DNA from: Methanobacteriaceae archaeon | GTDB lineage: Archaea; Methanobacteriota; Methanobacteria; Methanobacteriales; Methanobacteriaceae | Direction: 5' to 3' | DNA: 44,471 bases | NCBI GenBank assembly: GCA_003558085.1 | Contig: PWMT01000027.1 | Span: 1 to 44,471 of the forward strand | In this document: positions 38,719 through 44,471 of the stretch, piece after piece | Layout: the number at the start of each line of letters is the position of its first letter | How positions within the stretch are numbered: the first letter of the stretch is position 1 | Notes under the pieces: generated by a model | What the model saw: only the letters and a program-made list of their open reading frames with translations | Database searches by the model: none | What the model was told of the DNA's origin: nothing | Position numbers and translations under genes: made by a program

Positions 38719-40854
38719 ATGAAAGATGAAAAAAAGAAGAAAAAGATGCCTGAAAAAGGGAAACTTAATGATCTAGAAGAATTTAGAGAATATCCTGAAG
38801 GGAAAAAATTAACTACAAATCAAGGAGTAAAAGTTAGCCATACTGATGATTCCCTTAAAGCTGGTGAGAGAGGACCAACTTTAATGGAAGATTTTCACTT
38901 TAGAGAGAAGCTGACTCATTTTGATCATGAGCGCATCCCGGAAAGAGCGGTGCATGCTAGAGGAACTGGTGTTCATGGTTACTTTGAATGCTATAAATCC
39001 ATGTCTGAGTATACTAGTGCCAAGTTTCTTCAAGAATCAGGTCAAAGAACTCCTGTATTTGTTCGTTTTTCAACTGTTGTAGGATCTAGGGGATCTGCAG
39101 ATACTGTAAGAGATGTTAGGGGATTTGCTACTAAGTTCTATACTGAAGAAGGTAATTATGATCTGGTGGGCAATAATATACCTATTTTCTTCATTCAGGA
39201 TGCTATTAAGTTTCCAGATATAGTTCATTCTATCAAACCTGAACCTGATAATGAAATTCCTCAAGCTTCTGCAGCTCATGATACTTTTTGGGATTTTGTA
39301 GTTAGTGCTCCTGAAACAACTCATATGATTATGTGGCTTTTATCTGATAGGGCTATACCTCGAAGCTTAAGAATGATGGAAGGGTTCAGTGTAAATACAT
39401 TTAGATTTGTAAATGCTGAAGGAAAGGCCCGTTTCATCAAATTCATCTGGAAGCCAATGCTTGGAACACATCAACTTGTCTGGGATGAAGCTCAAAAGAT
39501 TGCTGGTAAAGATCCTGATTATCACAGGCGTGATCTATATGAAGCAATAGAAATGGACCAGTATCCTGAGTTTGAACTTTACGTCCAGATGATTGAGGAA
39601 GAGGATGAGCATAAATTTGATTTCGATATTCTTGATCCAACTAAACACTGGCCAGAAGAACTTGTACCTCCTATGAAAATAGGAAAACTTGTTTTAAACA
39701 GAACACCAGATAATTTCTTTGCTGAAGTTGAACAAGTAGCATTTCATCCGGGAAATGTAGTTCCAGGAATAGATTTCAGTAATGATCCATTACTTCAAGG
39801 TAGACTCTTTTCCTATCTGGACACTCAACTTATACGTTTAGGCGGCCCCAATTTTCATGAAATACCAGTAAATCGGCCCTTAGCAGATATACACACTAAC
39901 CAGCGAGATGGATATCATCGTACAATGATTAATACAGGAAAAGTAAGCTATTCACCAAATACACTGGATAATAATGATCCAAAACCTGCAACTAAAGAAG
40001 AAGGTGGCTATATCCATTATATGGAGAAGGTAGAGGGTAAAAAAATAAGAGAAAGAAGTGAAAAATTTAAAGACTTCTTTAGCCAGGCCAGATCATTCTA
40101 TAACAGTATGTCTGAAACTGAGAAGAAACATATAATCAAAGCATTCCACTTTGAAGTTGGAAAGGTAAAATCTAAAGATGTAAGAGAAAAAGTAGTTGAA
40201 CTCTTTGCTAACGTGGATAAAAAACTGGCTACGAAAATTGCTGAAGGAGTAGGTGTTTTACCACCAGCTGAAGGTGAAGATTCAAGTGATGCAGATATTT
40301 TTCCATCATTCAGTATGGAAGATACAGTAAAAGATACAGTAGAAACTAGAATGGTAGCCCTACTGGCAGAAGAAGGTTTCAATTACCAAGAACTGATGAT
40401 GGTTAAAGATGCTTTTAAAAATGCAGGAGCAAACTGTAAAATTGTATCCAAGCACAGGGGAATGATTAAGGGAGATAATGGGCAAGAAGTTGAAGTTGAT
40501 AATAACTATCTTTCTACATCTTCCATCATGTTTGACGCTGTTTATGTGCCTGGTGGTAAAAATAGTGTGGAAACATTAAAAAAACAGGGATATGCACTTC
40601 ATTTTATAAATGAAGCCTTTAAACACTGTAAAACTATTGCGGCATCCAGTGAAGGTGTGGAACTATTTAGAGAATCAAATATAAATGGTGTCTCCTTTAC
40701 AAAGAAAGACGAAGAAAAACAAATAGTTTCCGATAATGGGGTGATTACTGCCGGAAGATCTGCAGATATGGAGGAATTTAAACAAAAATTTATGGATGCA
40801 GTTGCCATGCATCGGCACTGGGAAAGAGAAATGAAGGAGCGGGTGCCTGCCTAA
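38719..40854 (+). CDS. katE: Large-subunit heme catalase (HPII-type) with C-terminal DJ-1/PfpI-like domain
   Basis: FDHERIPERAVHARG, FVRFSTV, RGFATKFYT, VGNN and RLFSYLDTQ proximal Tyr motif; C-terminal FDAVYVPGG...HCK. Confidence 0.96.
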   Translation: MKDEKKKKKMPEKGKLNDLEEFREYPEGKKLTTNQGVKVSHTDDSLKAGERGPTLMEDFHFREKLTHFDHERIPERAVHARGTGVHGYFECYKSMSEYTSAKFLQESGQRTPVFVRFSTVVGSRGSADTVRDVRGFATKFYTEEGNYDLVGNNIPIFFIQDAIKFPDIVHSIKPEPDNEIPQASAAHDTFWDFVVSAPETTHMIMWLLSDRAIPRSLRMMEGFSVNTFRFVNAEGKARFIKFIWKPMLGTHQLVWDEAQKIAGKDPDYHRRDLYEAIEMDQYPEFELYVQMIEEEDEHKFDFDILDPTKHWPEELVPPMKIGKLVLNRTPDNFFAEVEQVAFHPGNVVPGIDFSNDPLLQGRLFSYLDTQLIRLGGPNFHEIPVNRPLADIHTNQRDGYHRTMINTGKVSYSPNTLDNNDPKPATKEEGGYIHYMEKVEGKKIRERSEKFKDFFSQARSFYNSMSETEKKHIIKAFHFEVGKVKSKDVREKVVELFANVDKKLATKIAEGVGVLPPAEGEDSSDADIFPSFSMEDTVKDTVETRMVALLAEEGFNYQELMMVKDAFKNAGANCKIVSKHRGMIKGDNGQEVEVDNNYLSTSSIMFDAVYVPGGKNSVETLKKQGYALHFINEAFKHCKTIAASSEGVELFRESNINGVSFTKKDEEKQIVSDNGVITAGRSADMEEFKQKFMDAVAMHRHWEREMKERVPA

Positions 40855-40896
40855 TGGAGTATTAAACCTAAAAAATCATAAACTATAATTTCAGAT

Positions 40897-40982
40897 AAAG
40901 AATTTCTACCAAGAAATTCTTTAAATACTATTTTTAACCAAACATATCGTTTTTAGGATGGTTTAAAGCCATCATAAAACCG
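40897..40982 (+). terminator. Two hairpins after katE
   Basis: Perfect 11-bp stem AAAGAATTTCT-ACCA-AGAAATTCTTT (40897-40922) and a second imperfect stem around 40948-40982. Confidence 0.5.
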
Positions 40983-41062
40983 TTCCTTTAATTTTCTTAT
41001 TTTTATTTAATATAAGCTATTAATTCTTATTAATATAATTATATAATAATTTTGGTTACTTA

Positions 41063-41216
41063 GAGGCTGTAAATAATATTACTTGTTTAGCACGTTTTTG
41101 GAGAAAATCAGGTAAGTTACTGGATTCAATGAGATTAGAACATTCTTAGAAGTTCAATGAAGCATAGAAATATATTTAACTAGAATAATAGCTATAGCAA
41201 CCATTATTTAGTTCTC
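41063..41216. mobile_element. Degenerate MITE-like element (IS5/IS1031-like ends)
   Basis: TTA|GAGGCTGTAAATAAT ... ATTATTTAGTTCTC|TTA: imperfect terminal inverted repeats starting GAG with a TTA duplication; 154 bp; no ORF. Confidence 0.5.
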
Positions 41217-41573
41217 TTAGAAATTTAAAAAAGTAATATATGCTGAATTAAGTTATAGCGAATTTTTAGTCACATTAAAACTGCAAATGTAAACTTTAAA
41301 GCTAAGGCTGCTTATGTAAGGATTAATACCACCATCACTTCTAATACTTAGGAAAAGGCATTATAAATTAAATTATAATAAAAATTTTTACTTAACAAGG
41401 CAAAATTGTTGATTTTATAATTCGAAAAAAAATCATCCTTATACTCTTATCGCCATAAATATTAAGTATTAGGACATATTAATCTATTACAATAGAATTA
41501 ATTAAATCAAATCTACTATGCTTTTTTTAAAAAATTTCATAAAAATTTCATATTAAAGGAGGTTTTTAAATTA

Positions 41574-42164
41574 ATGAAATCTTATATTATATTTTTATTT
41601 TTTATTAGCTTATTAATTCCACTAGTAGGTGTGGTTAGTGCAGAAGGGATAAACCTAGTTTATGATAATGGAGATATTGATATTAGAGATCCAAGACCAG
41701 TATATATCGTTTCAGATAATATTTATGGTGATGCCGTAGACATGAATCGCATGATTGCTATTCGAGATGGTTTGAGCCAAAAAGGAGTCCCAGCCACGGT
41801 CTATGCTGGACCATGTCCTAGTGCTCATAATGAAGTACTTTTAGATTCTAATGTTCCAGAAGATGCTGTTATTGCTGAGATAAGTTATATGTGCGCAGGA
41901 ACATTAAATAGTAAAGGAAATGAATGGTATCAAGATAAAAAAGGAAATAGGGACGTTGTTGTAATTAATTGGAGTTCAAATACAAAGTTGTCTGAAATAG
42001 ATTACTTGCCAAGAGCATGGGATGATAATTTTTCTCCTAGATACTTTAGAGGATTAAAAAATCCGTTAAACCATTTGAAAGAAAATGGTATACATTACGA
42101 TGAATCTAGAGATGTAGACCATGTTGTGGATAAATTATATAAAATATCTCTACAGAAGGGTTAA
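41574..42164 (+). CDS. Secreted hypothetical protein (Methanobacteriales cell-surface-associated domain)
   Basis: SD GGAGG, signal peptide ending VVSA, and motifs VYIVSDNI, CAGT and RAWDDNFSP. Confidence 0.75.
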   Translation: MKSYIIFLFFISLLIPLVGVVSAEGINLVYDNGDIDIRDPRPVYIVSDNIYGDAVDMNRMIAIRDGLSQKGVPATVYAGPCPSAHNEVLLDSNVPEDAVIAEISYMCAGTLNSKGNEWYQDKKGNRDVVVINWSSNTKLSEIDYLPRAWDDNFSPRYFRGLKNPLNHLKENGIHYDESRDVDHVVDKLYKISLQKG

Positions 42165-42192
42165 AAAATAAATAGGATAGATGTTAAGATGT

Positions 42193-42486
42193 TTATCCTA
42201 TCTCTATGGTTTCTTTAAAGATATTCCCTTCTTCAATTCCACTAGCAAATGGAGAATCGAATATTAGTATATCCACTTTAGCAGGCTTATGATTACCAGA
42301 AATATATATAAAATCCATTAACCCCTATAGGTTTGATAGCTTCCATATCCTCTTTGATGTTACACTTAACTATGTAACATTTAACCCAGCTTCACTAGGA
42401 CTATCATTGGAGCGGGTACATCTACTGATAGCAACCACAGAGATTACTAAAATAAGGGTAGTTAGTAAATATTCTTCATGTTTCAT
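42193..42486 (-). pseudogene. Decayed lipoprotein-like gene
   Basis: SD GGAGG, then MKHEEYLLTTLILVISVVAISRC (lipobox-like with G replaced by R). An in-frame TAG follows NVT, then frame breaks; the tail reads ...AKVDILIFDSPF...FKETIEIG*. Confidence 0.6.
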
Positions 42487-42517
42487 GTATTTTCCTCCCT
42501 ATTAATTCATTTATTAT

Positions 42518-42829
42518 TTATAATTTCTTAATAAAGCAACTATCCGGCATACCTAATAATATGGCTCCTAAAACCCCATATAATGAAATACTGATCAATA
42601 ACCAAATTGCACTTATTATTAATAATATTCCGCCTATTTTGGCATTTTTAGTTACATATATGGCACCTATTATTCCGGTGATTGAGGCTAAAACTGCACT
42701 TAATCTTAAGATTACAATTTCAACACCAGCTATACTCCCTAAAAATATTGCAAAGATTCCACCTAACAATCCGAAAACTCCACCTATAATACCTAATACT
42801 AATTCTATAGTTCTAGATGTTTCATTCAT
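42518..42829 (-). CDS. Small 4TM membrane protein (DUF4064-like), possibly frameshifted at the 3' end
   Basis: SRTIELVLGIIGGVFG...GIIGAIYV...GGILLIISA. The tail MPDSCFIKKL looks out of frame. Confidence 0.65.
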   Translation of the reverse strand: MNETSRTIELVLGIIGGVFGLLGGIFAIFLGSIAGVEIVILRLSAVLASITGIIGAIYVTKNAKIGGILLIISAIWLLISISLYGVLGAILLGMPDSCFIKKL

Positions 42830-43372
42830 CTCACTTGAATAAACATTCACCATATACTTATTAGTTAATTAAACTATCTATAAACTAATTAACTATAAAG
42901 TTAATAGTATACATTAATTAATACATAGTTAGGAATATATATTAATAAATTTATCTAAATTATATCAAGAAGCAAGACTTAAATAATTTTAAAAAATAAA
43001 ATAGTACCTTTAATATTAACCATAATATTATTTATAAATAATATAACAGTATTATTATTCATTTAATAATATCTACCTTTAAAAAAATCTTGAAAACTCT
43101 TTTTAAGATTTGATAATCCCTCTTTTTTAATCATTCTCATGAGTTTAAAGAACTAATATCTCTAAGCATCCTTTAACCGTGGAAATCATTGCATACCTTA
43201 ACAAAAATTAATTATAAAATATTTTAAGAACTAAGCTAAAAATAAGGATTAGATTAAAAAAAATACTAAATTCTACTTAGATTTATCATATTATATATTT
43301 TAGTTAAAATTCCCTAATAAAATAATTATTATTTAGGGCTCTCTTATAGCTTTCAAATTAATTACAAATTAT

Positions 43373-43669
43373 TTATAATTCTCTTTTTTCTCCAAACCAT
43401 TTTAGTAATCCTATACTGTAAGGTTTTAGATCTTTAGCTCTTACTAATACTGAGGCTCTGCAGCCGCGCTTAATATTATCTTTACCACATGTTTCTTCTA
43501 GAAAAGTTTCCACCATAAAAGATTCCTTATTTTTAGTAATATATTTAAATTCTGGCGTCTGTAAAGGAAATATAACTCCGTTTATTTCCACTTCATAGGA
43601 ATCAGAATCTATTGGAACTTTTTTAACTTCCAAATAACGTACTTTATCATAATAAGGACCCAAGAGCAT
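43373..43669 (-). CDS. Hypothetical protein
   Basis: 98-aa ORF with SD AGGAGTTG. Confidence 0.65.
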   Translation of the reverse strand: MLLGPYYDKVRYLEVKKVPIDSDSYEVEINGVIFPLQTPEFKYITKNKESFMVETFLEETCGKDNIKRGCRASVLVRAKDLKPYSIGLLKWFGEKREL

Positions 43670-43748
43670 CTAAAAATCAACTCCTATAAATAATATCAAT
43701 ATTCACCATTCTAATCATTTTTTTACAAATTATAAGCCAAAATCTCTT

Positions 43749-44282
43749 TCAATCTACTAAAGGTTCTATTATTTCTCCGGCCTGGTTCAAGGCCACTATT
43801 CCCTCTTCAAACTGTTTAAGGGAACTTTCTAGTAATTCTTCGGAAGGCGATTCCAAATATTCGAGCATAGTATCAAAGGACCGGTCTATATCTCGTGATG
43901 CTTTCAATATAAGCTCATGAAATTCTTTGAAATTATCAGGAGGTGTTAAATCTTCTACTTCAGATATAATTTGTTTTAATTCCTCTTGTCGTTCTTCAAT
44001 ATTATTATAGAATTCTATAGGACTTAATTCCTCTTCGAAGAATTCCTCTATATCATCACCATGTTCCATGGAAATTTCAGCTATTCTACCAGCATAACCT
44101 AATGCTGGCTCTAAATATTCTAATTCTGCATCGGTAACTGTGGCCTCTGCTGTATTATCTGGGGGCGCCAAGTTCAAAACATAAATAAAAAAAACAAAGC
44201 CCACTGCTAATCCAATAACTACTGTTAGTATTTCAGCACGACCCCATCCTTTCCATTTAACTTTATCCCTATCTTTTTTCAT
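43749..44282 (-). CDS. Membrane-anchored acidic helical hypothetical protein
   Basis: SD GGGGGT, one TM helix and a Glu-rich helical bundle with a PP..F..FH motif. Confidence 0.75.
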   Translation of the reverse strand: MKKDRDKVKWKGWGRAEILTVVIGLAVGFVFFIYVLNLAPPDNTAEATVTDAELEYLEPALGYAGRIAEISMEHGDDIEEFFEEELSPIEFYNNIEERQEELKQIISEVEDLTPPDNFKEFHELILKASRDIDRSFDTMLEYLESPSEELLESSLKQFEEGIVALNQAGEIIEPLVD

Positions 44283-44471
44283 AACGATGATTTTACCCCC
44301 ATAATCATTAATTATAAGTAACTTTTTTGTTTGGATAATATAATATATATCTTGTAAATGATTAATAAAATTTAATAATAATCGAGTAATCCCGGTTATG
44401 TGAAAAATATCAATATTAAATAAAGCTTGTTCTTTTTAAATGTTTATTCTAAATTCTAACATGAGCAATAA

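Noticed and set aside
42561-42842. 93-aa plus-strand ORF
   Set aside because: Antisense mirror of the hydrophobic 4TM gene.
42862-42895. 10-bp inverted repeat TAGTTAATTA/TAATTAACTA
   Set aside because: Nearly all A/T in a very AT-rich region; no independent support.

Overview
AT-rich archaeal window from a pseudomurein-walled methanogen, most likely Methanobacteriaceae (Methanobacterium-like). This rests on pseudomurein-binding repeats, DGGGP synthase, an Mmp10-like radical SAM protein, pycB and an archaeal RNase J. A housekeeping backbone (larC, queC, pycB, ferredoxin, inositol-1-P synthase, MBL hydrolase ... tmk, polyprenol kinase, DGGGP synthase ... rnj, ABC exporter) is interrupted at about 11.8-20.5 kb by an accessory block. 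The block holds a divergent Mmp10-like B12/radical SAM enzyme with no mcr genes nearby, a membrane FHA protein and a pentapeptide-repeat channel-like protein with a degenerate pore. It also holds a signal-less M6 metalloprotease, a 56-aa ORF missing from the ORF track (ending ...VQPRSIWW), a receptor-type Ser/Thr kinase and a PPP-type phosphoesterase. This block is the best candidate for an undescribed peptide/phospho-signalling system; its function is inferred, not shown. The right half carries an atypical P-type ATPase, a large-subunit catalase flanked by degenerate MITE-like elements, and several decayed genes. No CRISPR array, rRNA or intact transposase was seen.
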